Shown piece by piece: positions 1 to 12,979 of a stretch of DNA of 64,000 nt (positions are counted from its first letter, which is position 1; every line of letters begins with the position of its first letter). The stretch covers positions 3,906,001 through 3,970,000 of the forward strand of contig CP075492.1 in NCBI GenBank assembly GCA_021613535.1, written 5' to 3'. The notes under the pieces are model-generated. The model made no database searches, was not told where the DNA came from, and worked only from the letters and a program-made list of their open reading frames with translations. The position numbers were made by a program, and so were the translations under genes. The DNA is from Adineta vaga (taxonomy: Eukaryota; Animalia; Rotifera).

Positions 1-410
1 AATCCCATATAAACTCCATAGAGATAACTATCTTGATGAGAATAGTACGAATCATTTCCATTTGAATAAGCTGGAACATTGGATGATGCAACACCAAGTT
101 TAGCATTGTATGGAGCAAGTTTTTTGTCAACGGTCGATCGTTTTTCTATGAAAAGAAATAAAATATTTCAAATGAACATTTTTCAAAATTCAAAATCAAT
201 GATTCTAATAAAAACAAACGATAATCAACCTTTTAATAATTGAGAATATGGTAATTTCAAAGACTTTTGATTGACATCAATATTCGATACACGTGTTAAG
301 TCTGTACATTGAGAATATTGATAAATAACAGTTAGGAAGCAGAATAAGAGGATAAGCTTCATTATAAGACGTCTTCGATAACTGAGACAAAAAGGAAATC
401 GTCGAGTCAT
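1..410 (-). CDS. 5' part (runs off window) of a secreted CHAP-domain protein, glutathionylspermidine amidase/synthetase N-terminal type
   Basis: Exon 1 (410 or 362 to ~230) encodes signal peptide MKLILLFCFLTVIYQYSQC. After a phase-1 GT..AG intron, exon 2 (145..1) reads EKRSTVDKKLAPYNAKLGVASSNVPAYSNGNDSYYSHQDSYLYGVYMG. This resembles the Gsp amidase N-terminus (APFGTLLG..GGVAIYS...EYMG-HKWQCVE). The catalytic QCVE motif would lie just beyond the window edge. Confidence 0.7.
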
Positions 411-1150
411 GGCATCATATCAGAAAAAGAAGAACAAGAATATGTCAAGAAATCCCGTTGGTTAATATCTTTTACGAATGGAAACCATGAAGAAAAAACT
501 GTCGATAGAAAGCGCTAGATTTCTTTCTGAACAACATAATGCGAATTTTCAAATAAAAGATCGAATAAAACAAAAATAACATACATACCCATCGTAAAAA
601 CAAATAACTATATTGAAAATATCAGGTGAATAAATCATCATTATCATTAATGAATCGATATAATATACCACCTGTATAGTGTGCTTGTAAGTAAACAAAT
701 ATACAGCAACGATATAAATAAAAAGTGTATCATCGAAATTATAAATTTTCGCGCGTACACACGTTTCAAATATGAATAACAATATTTCGTATAACTTATT
801 CAAAAGTTTGACCATTAGCGCCCTCTGTTTTTATTTTGTTCATTCAGTAAATATTCGTCAGGGATTTATTGAAAATTATTGATAGTTCAAGAGAAATTGC
901 GTGAGATGTATTGCAAATAAAATGTGAACATTAAGAATCATCATAGAAAATGTGCATACTAAATAAGAATGCGTATATAACTTCTTATCGAATACTAACT
1001 CTGACATTATAGTCATGAGTATTATATTTAATATCAAGCATTGAATTACCTTGTATCTCATATAAAAACTTATTGACCTAAGGAATAAGTTGATGCAAAT
1101 ACTTAAATATATATTCTTTGGTTATTCAGTACAAGATATTTCGAAAACAA

Positions 1151-2461
1151 ATGATCGCAACAACCGATTTACGTGAAAAGAAGGGGAAGAGAAAACGATG
1201 GTCAACATTCGCGAAGTGGATTCAATTTATAGGTCAAATTAGTGTGACAATTGCGATTGCTATTTATGCTATATTTGAAAATAATCGTGATAAATCTATA
1301 GCAGAACAAAATCGTCAACAAGAAATGTGGATTGCTAATGAAACACGTTTTAAAGATTATTCTATAGCCGAATCGAATCGTCTTCATGATTTATACATGG
1401 CTGATGAGAAACAAAAAGATGATATTTTCAATGATTATCATCATTTTCTTGGTGAAACAATCATTCAATATGGTTTACAATTAAATCATAGTGCCGTAAG
1501 ATATGCAGTTCGATATAAAACTTTAGCAGCACTTAAATTACTCGATCCTTCACGTCGAACATATCTGATTGAATCATTAATTGAAATGAAATTAGTTTCT
1601 TATATTGATGAATTATCTGAATTTAATTTATCACCAATTATTGATTTAAGGACAGGAAATTTAACTGGCGTTGATTTAAGTGGAAAAGATATTGGAAATA
1701 TCAATCGGATCTGTTTAGCATTCGATCAAACGATATTAAATGATGCATCATTTCATCGAACCTATCTCCATGGATCATCATTCATAGAAACGAAATTGAA
1801 TAATGCCGATTTTTCATACAGTGATAATCAATACGATGAAAGATGTAAAAAACAGGATGATTTTATGTTTTCAACTAGTTTTGCCAAATCTCAAATGGTC
1901 AATGTTAATTTTTCTCATACAGAATTTCGACAGATTGATTTTTCTTTTGCTAATATGTTTCGTGCCGATTTAAGTTATTCGAACTTAATCGATCGAGTCT
2001 TTTTTTCGAATACAATTTTAAATTCTGCTCGATTGTATCACTTGAAAATTTTGAGTAAATTAACATTGTTTGGAAATACACAAATGATCGGTGTCGATGC
2101 ACGATATGCAATAATTACTGAAGCAACATTTCAAGGAGCAAATCTTATTAATAGTTCATTAAATTATGCAAAATTTTATAATTCATCATTTGGAAATTCC
2201 AATATGACCAATTGTCAATTGTTTAATGTCGAATTAATCAATGTACATTTCACAAATACAATTTTAATCAATGCAAATTTGAGTCATTTAGTATGTCTAT
2301 CCGAATGTTCATTTGTTGGTGCAATTGTCATCGGAGTTTCTTTATTCAATGCGAGCATTCTCAATAGTGATCTTAGAAATGCAAAATTTACTGAAGAACA
2401 ATTAGCAGAAGTTAAATCATTTGCAGGATCAATTCTACCAAATGGAACTCGAGTTGTTTAG
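1151..2461 (+). CDS. Pentapeptide-repeat protein with N-terminal TM helix
   Basis: Intronless ORF, first ATG at 1151. TM helix WIQFIGQISVTIAIAIYAIF, then a coiled segment, then many A(D/N)LxxA-like pentapeptides (ANMFRADLSYSNL, ATFQGANLINSSLNYAKF). Ends GSILPNGT. Confidence 0.88.
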   Translation: MIATTDLREKKGKRKRWSTFAKWIQFIGQISVTIAIAIYAIFENNRDKSIAEQNRQQEMWIANETRFKDYSIAESNRLHDLYMADEKQKDDIFNDYHHFLGETIIQYGLQLNHSAVRYAVRYKTLAALKLLDPSRRTYLIESLIEMKLVSYIDELSEFNLSPIIDLRTGNLTGVDLSGKDIGNINRICLAFDQTILNDASFHRTYLHGSSFIETKLNNADFSYSDNQYDERCKKQDDFMFSTSFAKSQMVNVNFSHTEFRQIDFSFANMFRADLSYSNLIDRVFFSNTILNSARLYHLKILSKLTLFGNTQMIGVDARYAIITEATFQGANLINSSLNYAKFYNSSFGNSNMTNCQLFNVELINVHFTNTILINANLSHLVCLSECSFVGAIVIGVSLFNASILNSDLRNAKFTEEQLAEVKSFAGSILPNGTRVV

Positions 2462-2932
2462 TATTGTTCTTCGTTTATATCTCAATAAATATTCAATCTA
2501 ATTCTTAATGACAACTGTATTAGTTTTAGTGCCTTGTCATAGAACAACTATGTTCGTGTCATTCGCGAGAAAAACCTTGACGAGTATTCTGTCATTTACA
2601 TATTAAATATAATTAATGATAAAATACATTGAGAGTTTATTTTTTCTCTTCTAAATGAAAAATCATGTTATAGAAATATTTGCTTTCAAAATAGTTATCT
2701 TATAAGCTTTAAACTTGATTGAATCATGTCTACACATCCTCCACATTTTGTTGTTAGTCGTAGGCAGATGGATATATTTATTCTCAATATCATAGGAAAA
2801 AAAAGAGTCGAGAAGAAAGAAGAAAAGTCGACAAAAACATGTCCACCCTCGTTGTTCGTAGCATTTATTATACATAAATATACTCTTTGCCTGTTGTTGT
2901 ATTACTGTCGAGAGGAAATTCGAAGCTCGAGA

Positions 2933-3582
2933 ATGTCGAAGTTAATTCAAGCAAAAAAGAAAATAGCTGTTGCTTTGTCACCAAAATTATTTGCGTTCGG
3001 TGGAGGAACAAAACCAGTTTCACAATTATTATTTAATAAATATGATACAGATCAAAGTGGTACGTATTTAATTGAATTTTCAATGATTGTTTCTTTTTTT
3101 TTTAATTATTTGTCAGTTGTTTAGGATTAATTTCTGTCGATGAACTTCGTTTTCTTTGTTATGATATGGGATATTTTCTATCCGATGCTCAACTTGATTG
3201 GGCACGAACATTAATTGATAAGGATGGAAGTGGAGAAATAAGTTATAAAGAATTTTCTTCTTGGTGGCAAAATCCTTTACGTTTCGATCATTTACTATTA
3301 ACAGATGATCAATTGAGTAAATTACATCAAATAACTGATCTATTTCGTTCATTTGATAAGAAAAATCAAGGTGAATTGGATAAGAAACAATTTAACGAAC
3401 TTTTTCAAGAATTAATTCAACAAAAATTAATGGAAGAAAATCAAGCGAATCAATTTGATGAAATTGATCGAAGTAATGATGGAAAAATCAATTTTAATGA
3501 ATTAATTGCTTGGTTTTATGATCAAAGAGTTTTGGAGAAGATGGGTGTCCTACCCGAGAAGAAAGATGAAGATCAAAAATAA
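2933..3582 (+). CDS. Four-EF-hand calcium-binding protein (calmodulin-like)
   Basis: Exons 2933-3059 and 3125-3582. Splicing restores EF loop DTDQSGLISVDEL. Further loops DKDGSGEISYKEF, DKKNQGELDKKQF and DRSNDGKINFNEL. Confidence 0.9.
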
Positions 3583-3992
3583 AAATAGTTTTTTATGTTT
3601 ATTCAGGCATTTTGTACAAAAATAAATAAATTCTTTTATCAACGGAAGTATTTTCTTATCCGTCGGAAACTTTGAAATTGATAACAAAAAAAGAAAGTCC
3701 GGAGAATAAGTTTTGTTGTAAAACACAGAACGTTCTGTTAGAATATTTGCATTTGATCCATACACGTGGAAGATATACTTGAGAGGAAAGAACGAAAAAA
3801 AAAAATAAGCGAAAATAAATTTTCATTTGCTGATGTGAAGGACATAATAAGTCACTTGATGAGTAGTGTGTTGTCAGAAGTATAAAAGGTAAGATGTTTA
3901 TACAAAAACACTTCTTTTTTTCTCGACGTTATCATAAATCTAAACCTTTCCGTATATTTTGCCTTTTGTTTGTTTGTTTAGAATCTGCTCAG

Positions 3993-5123
3993 ATGACAAC
4001 AAATGATCCCGGTCATATCAGTAAGTTGAAGAAATTGAATAATCAAATAATTTTATTCTATATAGATAATCTTGACAGAAGTCAAATCGATGCATTGAAA
4101 GGTTTATGGTTACTTTTCGATAAATCATTTCGTAATTCGGATAAACCGATTGATCCGGCTTTTGAAGCGGAAATTTTTCTTGCAAGTGGCTATGATAATC
4201 CAGATATGATTTTACTTCGATGGCTTCGAGCAAAAAAATGGGATATTCAAAGTGCTTATCGACAATTTTTTGATACAATTAAATGGAGACAAGAATGGCG
4301 AGTGAATGATCTTGTTGCGAAGGGTGAACTCGATCTTTGCTATGAGGAAATACAATCCGGAAAAAGTTATTTTACCGGTCCGGATAAAGCTGGTCGTCCA
4401 ATCAATTACGTATCAGTTAAAGATCATATCAAAGGACAATTTTCCGCTGAATCAACAGAAAAACTAACAATTTTCACAATGGAAACTGGTCGAAAACTAC
4501 TGCAACCACCACATGAATCAGTCACTGTTATTTTCGATATGACTGGTTTTGGTTTAAAAAATATGGATTATCCACATCTAAAATTTCTTATTAATCTTTT
4601 ACAAAATTATTATCCTGAATCATTTTCTCTCGGACTGATTATCAATGCACCATGGGTATTCAATGGCTGTTGGTATATTATTAAACCATGGTTAGATCCA
4701 GTTGTTGAAAGTAAAATTCATTTCATTAATAATTTAAATGACTTAGCACAATTTATTGATCCATCGGTTTTACCAAAACAATTAAATGGAACACAAGCGG
4801 AATTTAAATATATTCCACCGACGGATGAAGATATTGAGATGTTAAATACTTTTCGAAATGATCAACTAGGGAAATTGAAAGCTGAAGAAGCACATCGAAA
4901 TGTCGTACAGAAATATTTAAAAATAACCGAAAGATGGATTCATGGAGATGATACGGTTGAAATCTTAGAAGAAAGAAAACAAGCGACAAAAGAATTACGT
5001 GATGCTTATGAACAACTTGTTCCATATGTGAGTACAAGAACGCATTATCATCGAACAGGTGCTATTCAGGAACCAATATTTGATATAGTTTATCGAAGAA
5101 TTAAAGAAAATTTAGAGAAATAA
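3993..5123 (+). CDS. CRAL-TRIO/Sec14 lipid-transfer protein, fungal CSR1-like
   Basis: ATG 3993, probable in-frame 45-nt intron 4021-4065. Motifs PDMILLRWLRAKKWD, GPDKAGRPINYV, IFDMTGFGLKNMDY, LQNYYPES, INAPWVFNGCWYIIKPWLDPVVESKIHF. C-terminus PYVSTRTHYHRTG resembles the CSR1 tail. Confidence 0.9.
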   Translation: MTTNDPGHISKLKKLNNQIILFYIDNLDRSQIDALKGLWLLFDKSFRNSDKPIDPAFEAEIFLASGYDNPDMILLRWLRAKKWDIQSAYRQFFDTIKWRQEWRVNDLVAKGELDLCYEEIQSGKSYFTGPDKAGRPINYVSVKDHIKGQFSAESTEKLTIFTMETGRKLLQPPHESVTVIFDMTGFGLKNMDYPHLKFLINLLQNYYPESFSLGLIINAPWVFNGCWYIIKPWLDPVVESKIHFINNLNDLAQFIDPSVLPKQLNGTQAEFKYIPPTDEDIEMLNTFRNDQLGKLKAEEAHRNVVQKYLKITERWIHGDDTVEILEERKQATKELRDAYEQLVPYVSTRTHYHRTGAIQEPIFDIVYRRIKENLEK

Positions 5124-5337
5124 GTTTTTGTGATTTTGTTTTTTCATTGTTAAAAAAAATTTGAATTGATTATTTTTTTTCGGATATGGCAAATCAGTCT
5201 TTTCAGTAAATTAAATGAAATTCTAATAAAAATATCAAATACCGATGTTATCAATCGAACTCTTTCTAGAGTTTATTCAAAGGAGAAGAAGAAGAGAATA
5301 GGTTTCTTATTCGAGATGTTGGCAAGAACAAAGTTCA

Positions 5338-6772
5338 TTATTTGGAATTCTTTGATGTGAAAATGTAAGGATGTTCCTCGGTTGGACAGATAATATTTTC
5401 TCCATGATGCCATTCCCACAATTTTTCACCAACTGGTTCTAGCATATTATTCCATAAGGATAATGCTGCTTTCGAATGACCTTTACCTAAGAAAAGGATT
5501 CGATTATTTTGAGAAAGATTTCCTTAAAATAAATCTTACCACTAAAATGAAAACAATCAGGAGCAAAGTAACTGAAATCAAGTTTACCATCCAATGTTCT
5601 CGGAAGTTTTGTATGAGCCATAAAAGGTTGAATAACTACAGTAAAATCGTCACGTGTATCGTAACGACCTGTATTAACTAAATCAATTAAATATTGATGA
5701 TATTTTGGAATCCAATCGTTCAATGTTTGATTTTGTTCTTGAGATGGAAAAGCAGCACATGGACATGTTCTTTTATGAAGTAATCGACAAACTGGTCCAC
5801 CAGAATTCAGGTCTTGAACGCCACGAACATCAAATACAAGAACAAGATTAACGAGAGCACGTGGTAAATTAGCATGAAGATAATTTAATGTTTCATTAAT
5901 ATAACTTGTATAATTCTCTGGACTATGTTGTCCTTGAGGTTCTTTACAAAAAATACATAAATCATTTCCCTAGGTGAAGAAAATTGCGTATTGAAAGATA
6001 ATATCTATGTTTTGAAAATGAACGTATACTTACACCAACAAAAAGTGTAATAACTTTCCAATCGTTTTTTAAATCACAATATTTATTTGAATTGAATCGT
6101 TCAATAAGAATACGAGCTTGATCAATCATATGAATAGAACGATCACCAGATTTTGCTACACGGATTTGAAATAGAAGAAAGAATTTCGAGAATCAATCAT
6201 TTTCTTACCAACATTAAGATTATTGTGTGTTGAATTTTGACCTTTAAGAAATATAACTGATGATTTTGTTGAATAACCTTTTAATGTATTATCATCAAAT
6301 TGACGAACAATGTTTGGTAATGAAAGAACTCGATTAAATGTATAATCACCACCAATCGACCAAGATGCACCTAGAACAGTATAATGTTAACTCAAATTTC
6401 TCAAAGAAAATCTTTACCTCGATTTTCAAAAAATAATCCCACTGGTGTAAGTGCATGAGCTCCTAAGCCAGCTGTTAAACTATCACCTAATGCTCCAACA
6501 CATTTAACATCACTTGGCCGTAATGCATGTACTGATGTTGGAATTGATGTTTGATTTACTTTTAATTTAGGACATGGAAAAGCATCATGTGATTTGCCGT
6601 ATAAATAATCTGGTTGCGAGAATAATTCAGCTGACCATTGAGCATAATCTTCAAGAAATTGTTCATCACGACTAAGTTCTTCAATATAATCGATATATTC
6701 TGTTACATTGAATGAAGATGTATTTGAAATGATGAAAATAAATATGGTTAAACAAACACACAAAAATCTCAT
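5338..6772 (-). CDS. Secreted phospholipase B1-like GDSL/SGNH lipase (5 exons)
   Basis: Signal peptide [16 protein letters not shown]. Motifs [41 protein letters not shown]|[44 protein letters not shown]. Approximate exons 6772-6419, 6371-6229, 6158-6035, 5970-5540, 5486-5338. Confidence 0.88.
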
Positions 6773-7153
6773 GGTTCTGAATGTTGCTGAAACAAACATT
6801 TAGTTTTGAAATTCATTTAAAAAGGTAATATAAAAACATTCGATAAAAAGATAATGATATCACATGATATGAATAAAGAACGTAGTCAGAGTTTACATAC
6901 TTTTAATACGAAATTTTGACATACTAACCTAGATAATATTTCGTTTTGTTGCAAGAAGTATCCTTTGCTTTTATTTCTATTAACATTTGAGAAAGAATTA
7001 TTATGAAAATAGTTTATATGAATAAATGAAGATTCATAAAACAACATGTATAGAAAGATAGAGAGAATAAAAGAAAGTAAATCATAATTATTCAGGATAA
7101 TAATGCTTAAGATTAAATGCAATGAAGAAATCATCTGAAAAATATCAAATGAT

Positions 7154-7992
7154 TTATGTCTTCTTTGGAGCTGAATCAGCAAAGAAATTATCAACTAGAC
7201 CTTGAGGATAACGTTCACCATGTACATCAGCTTTTTCACAGGCTTCACGGATCTTCTTCACTTCTTCTTTGCTAATGTTGTTAGTTGATCAACCAAACAA
7301 TTTCAAATTTTTTGAAAATTTTTCTTGAGAAAACCGAGGTCAAATTCTTCGGTAATCATCTTGGTCGAAATCATCTAGACTCTCGATTTGTCCAGTGAGC
7401 TACCTAATTCTCGACATGTTTTCAAAAGACCAATATCATCTCGTTCGATATCTAAACTAAATGGTGAATATTCACTTTGTACACAAGCAGTTGGATGAAC
7501 AGCATATGCTCGACGAAGTGTAGCTCTTGAACATTCAGATAACCCTAGATATTTCACTTTACCAGCATCGACAAGTTCTTTCAAGACAGTAACTGTTTCT
7601 TCGATTGGCACCGTTTTGTCAATACGATGTGCATCGCCACGAACTGAAAACAATCCTTCCGGAGAGACAACATTAGCAAATTTAGTTGCCAAGAAAACCT
7701 GCAATTGACAAAGTGTTAATGAAAATTTAAGTGAAACATGTAACTAACTCTTTCACGTTGTTCGGAATATTTCTTGAAATATTTGCCTAATAAATCTTCA
7801 TTATCAGCGTAAATATTTGTACTATCAAAATAAGTATACAACCGAGTTCATTATTGCACGATCAAAAACTTTGAATCGTTCTTCATCCTGTGCATATTTT
7901 CCAAGTGGCACCGACAAACCCATCGCTCCAAAACCGATCACTGAGACTTGTGGTTTATTTTTTCCTAATTGACTAGTAGGAATTTTTTACAT
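7154..7992 (-). pseudogene. Aldo-keto reductase pseudogene (fungal YakC/pyridoxal-reductase-like)
   Basis: ATG is followed immediately by TAA. Motifs [57 protein letters not shown], and C-terminus HGERYPQGLVDNFFADSAP are recognisable. Frameshifts near 7850 and large internal deletions. Confidence 0.85.
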
Positions 7993-10900
7993 TCTTTTAT
8001 TTCACCTTCACAGAACAAAATACAGTGATAAATCTAAAAGTAAATAGACTGTGTTTGTTTTATAAAAATACATGAAGAAATACTTATTTTTGGCTTTACA
8101 TTCAATGAAAGAAAATGTTTGTCTACGTAATGGCAATGCGAAGCAAGACAGAAAGAACATGTATGTACGTAAGTGCATTGAGTATGGAACACATCGTACT
8201 TTATCGTTCTGACAGAATGCGTTTTAGTGTTGTGATCAATATGTTTATTATATAAATTGTTTCTTCAAATTTTGCTTAAATGAAAACAGATATGATTGTC
8301 AACAAAAGATCCTCAACATTTTTCGTTGATCTTTGTTGCTATTAATTTTCAATTATCGCACAATTTGCCATACTATTCAAAATCTCAATGATAGTGAATA
8401 CTCATTCTCTTGATAGATCATTTCAAAACTCATCTATCACTTTCCAAAGATATCTATGAGAGATTTCAATTAAGATTAGTATACAATCATATGAACGTAG
8501 TATTGATTATCAATCGCTTGAATATTGAAATGAAAAGAAATACATTATTTTCATTTCTATTTCAGTTATATAAACATATGATATGATTCTATGAACAAAA
8601 GAAAAAATATTTTCTACCGATTACTTTTTAGTTAATTGAAAGCATATTCCTTTTTCTCATAAAAATACCCGGAAAAAAAACTTCTTATTTTCTACTTCAA
8701 TTTGAAAAATAACTAATAAAAAAAGCTTTTCATGTTGCTAAATGATGCATAGACACACAATACATTGCTTACATATATATGAATGCATTTTTCTCTTCGG
8801 AAAAGTAATTTAAAACGTGACGTAAATTTTACTTCTTTTAACAAATTGCTTTGTTCGTTGGAGAATTTTTTTCTCTCTCACTCTCTTTAAATGCATCTCA
8901 CGCCTTCTGACGACTTCTTCTATTTGAAAAGTAAAAGGAAAAATTTTCTTTATTGTCAAGTTATATTACGTTTCGTATTTATTTTCTTTTTGAGGTCAAA
9001 TATATATTTTCATCGTATGATCAAAGATTTAGCTGAATAATAAATCGAAAGAATGAACTTTTTCTCATGATCAAAAGTTCAAGATGTTCTTCTTATTTCT
9101 ATACAAGAAGAAAAAAAAGAAAGAATAATGATTTGATTTAGCAGCGAACAACAGTATTGTTGAGTAACACATAGAAACAGAATAGAATAAAGGCATATTC
9201 AATTTAGTTCTTGCATTCGATTCTTTCTCTCTCTCTTTTTTGTCCTTTGAATAGTAATGCAACAGCATGAGTTAAAATGACAATTATTTTCGCGTTTAAA
9301 AATCCATTGATGCATTGACCAATATTTGTATTTGATAATATATAGCAGAGCACATTTGTGTATACCTTGTCTTTATTCATCGCTTTTTATCAATATATTT
9401 TTCGACTAAATATTTGTAAGAAAAACAAAGCAATGCGTCAACATTTGCTTTCAATACTTCTATGCATCTTTACTCATTAATCTTGTTCTTTTTCAATTAA
9501 TTTTAGGAGATAGAAAAAAACAGATGCGCTCATTTTTAATTATTCGAAAAAGAACATATTTGTGTTGACAAACGCGTGACATTTATTCGCGTAGTTTTTT
9601 TTATCAGGAGGAGTATTATTCATTCACCGTCATCGTCCATCATTATCATCATCGAACTAGTATTTTTTGATTATTCATCAAAATACATTTCGTCTCCACT
9701 TGAATATATTATTGATTGGCACATTCATTCCTATATCGGTATGTATTGACCACATTTTCGTGTTTTAAATATAGTTTTTGCGTATATACTTATTTCTTTT
9801 TCTGATTGACAAGAGACAAGAAAAAAATGAATAAGTTTCACTTGAACGATTTTTACTTTCTATATTCTATATCGATACACTAACAATCCCACGCAATGTT
9901 CTAGTCACTCTGATCCGATACATATACCTGATCGACAGATGTATGTTGGTTGTCAATGTATATTTCTTTTTCTTTCGTTCTCTTTCTTTTGCATATTTAA
10001 TCATATGTAGAAGTATTTGTTATTGCTCTATGTTGAATGTAGTTGTCAAAGGAGAGAAAAATAAACACATTGATGTCAATTCTATACATGCCTGTTAGTT
10101 TCAGTTGCTAATGGTGAAATTGAATGCTTGAGTGATAGAAAAATTGGAACGATAAGTCAGAAAATGCACTTTCGAATGTGCACATATGGTTTTTTTATGA
10201 CGAAAAAATATACATAATTCAGAATGAATTTGATATTTATCGAGAAAAAAGATCAATCCTTCCAGATTGAGAACACTTAGAACTAACATTTTATCACTTC
10301 ATCCTTGTGATTCTAAAAGATCATTCTAGTTTATGCCTATGTCGCAAAGTAAATAAATCAAATTTGATTTCTATTTTTAGTGAGTAATGAAATGAAAGTT
10401 CTTTTCATGAATCATTGTATCGCAGTAACCATAGCTTTCTTTTCTCCTCTATTACAATGCATAAAAAAATATATTGCTCAATACAGAACAACGTAACTAT
10501 GTGACGTAGATTGTCAAAACGTATAGAAAGAGAAAAGAATAATAATGCATTTCTCTCGAATGATCTAAAGCAATGTTATATAAATGTTCGTCCGAATAAT
10601 TTCAATATGATTTTCTTGAAACTGTCCAGATATTCGACATTTTCAATCAATTCATATCTCGTAGAACCTTGGAAATAAAACAATTTATCTTTCCAGGTAA
10701 AACTTTTCTTGGATTAGTTGGTTAGACTCTTGAAACGCATCGATTCAAATAGGAAATTAATGTTTAGTAAAGAGTACATGACATATGCTTAATCCTTAAG
10801 CAGAAAGAATGATTTATTTTGTAAGAAATCTAACAGAGTATATTATTTACTTTTGGAATAGAGTAAAACTTTGAGATCTAATTCCAGCTGAAATTTTCAA

Positions 10901-11376
10901 TGGTTTTAATCGAAAATCTATGAATAAGTATATATTTTACAGAAATGTAATCTGCCTATATTTACAATAATATCGAAAACTGAAGAACAGAAAAACTCAT
11001 TTGATTTATCGAATGTCTTTTTTTCATATACAAGTCGTCGTTTTCCTTGTTAGTATTTGTTCTTGTTCTCTATAGGTAAATCATTAGTTTCTCCCTTCCG
11101 GTCGCTCAAGTAGACGAGTGCAAAAAAGAAAGAGAAACGAGAGAAAAGAAAATTTCTTCTTCGCTCGCCCTAAAAATTTGTAAAAAGAAAATATTGAGTC
11201 AATACATTTAATTTACATATATGGTACCCGATAGTCTAACAATCATATGACATAGCATAAGAACATGTGTATTCAATCATAGAAGTGAATGACAAAGTGT
11301 TTGAAGACTTTTGAAAATAGTTCATAATCGATTTTGTTTTAGGTAATTAACTAGTCGATTCTTACTTGTTTAAAAA

Positions 11377-12498
11377 ATGGACTATGATGAAGAAAAAGCA
11401 ACGTTTTTACATGATAATATATCGATAAATAAATATCGAAATTGTTTGGAAAAATTTTATCCAAATGAATTAAAACGATTGAAATTAAATATTGGAAAGA
11501 CTGCTTTACTTCGTATATTCTTTTGTTTGTTATTATTATTTATTATTTTATTTCGTGGTTATATTTTATGTTTCTTGGGATTTTTAAATTGTTATTTAAC
11601 TTGGCCATTCAGTGCACCACTTCATGTTAAAATTGATTTATTAAATCTTTCCAATGAACCAAAAGGACATGAATATATTCCACGTCGCATGCATCATATT
11701 TTACTTGGACCAATGAGTAAATCTCCGCCAGAAAGTTGGATTGCATCAAGAAATTCTTGTATTGAACTTCACTCAAAATTTGAAGAACATTATTATTGGA
11801 CTGATGAAAATGGAATGGAATTTCTTCAGAAAAATTATCCATGGTTTGTTAAAACTTGGACGTCATATAAAACTTATATACAAAAAGCAGATGCACTACG
11901 ATATTTTGTTCTTCATTATTACGGTGGCATATTTCTTGACATGGATTTATATTGTCTACATAAATTAGATGGACTATTTAATTATTTAGATAATCGTGTG
12001 TCATCAGAAGAACATATTTTTCTTGCTGTAAAAGCATTTCCTGTTGGAATTTCCAATGGGTTTTTGATTACAACTCGTCAACATCCACTTCTTAAACGTG
12101 TCATTGAAAATCTTGAACTTTACAATCGTAATTTTCTTTTACCACATGCAACGATAATAATATCAACTGGACCCATGTGTATTTCAATACAAATTCAATT
12201 AAATCGTTCGCTATGGAGTTCAATATTAGTTTTAGATGGAAAAGAAAATATGATCGGTGGAAAAACAAATACACCACTATTTAAACATTTAGGAAGTGGT
12301 TCATGGCATCAAGCAGATGATATGTTCTTCAAAAATATTCCAATGAATATTCAACATCAAAATCAAACATTTTCAATCTCAATTATTGTTTTTATTCTCT
12401 TCATATTCGTCTTTTTTATTGGACGATATAGAAATTTTTTTAAGGTATGTTTATTTGAAACAATTTCCGAATGTTTTCTTTTTCAATCGATGATGTAA
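11377..12498 (+). CDS. GT32 DXD glycosyltransferase, SUR1/CSH1 (MIPC synthase)/OCH1-like
   Basis: IPRRMHHI, YWTDE, IQKADALRYFVLHYYGGIFLDMD, FKHLGSGSWH, with N- and C-terminal TM helices. A possible donor GTATGT at ~12445 makes the last few residues uncertain. Confidence 0.88.
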   Translation: MDYDEEKATFLHDNISINKYRNCLEKFYPNELKRLKLNIGKTALLRIFFCLLLLFIILFRGYILCFLGFLNCYLTWPFSAPLHVKIDLLNLSNEPKGHEYIPRRMHHILLGPMSKSPPESWIASRNSCIELHSKFEEHYYWTDENGMEFLQKNYPWFVKTWTSYKTYIQKADALRYFVLHYYGGIFLDMDLYCLHKLDGLFNYLDNRVSSEEHIFLAVKAFPVGISNGFLITTRQHPLLKRVIENLELYNRNFLLPHATIIISTGPMCISIQIQLNRSLWSSILVLDGKENMIGGKTNTPLFKHLGSGSWHQADDMFFKNIPMNIQHQNQTFSISIIVFILFIFVFFIGRYRNFFKVCLFETISECFLFQSMM

Positions 12499-12979
12499 TT
12501 CGTAAAATCGAAACAGATTATTCGATACGCAATAACTTCATCATAGCGTGACAAAATAGTTATTAGTCGTAGAAAATCAAAAAAGACTTTCTTTTTGAAA
12601 ATGATGTCGCTAGTAGATCGAAGATTATTATTATTATTGATTTGAATTTTATTCATGTCGTTTTATTTATATTTAGGGATCACTCCAACGGATATTCTAA
12701 TGTTCCATATTGATAATCAAGGATGTACTGTATAATGAAAATTGTTTTGTTGATTTTTATTCAAAGATAATTTATATTTTTATTAGTTCAATTGTTGCAC
12801 ATAAACAATTATTTTCTTGTAAGAAAAAAAAAGAAATCAATTTGCATTGATAAAATAACAATGATACGCAGATTGGTTTATATTGTTTTTGTAAAATAAA
12901 ATTTAATAAAAAAAACAAAAAGAAAAGAGAAACTTGATAATTGTTTTTCAATTGGAATAAATCGATTTTCATTTTAGAT

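Noticed and set aside
8280-8540. Possible decayed small gene in the 8-11.3 kb intergenic region
   Set aside because: Requires multiple frameshifts and has no recognisable motif.
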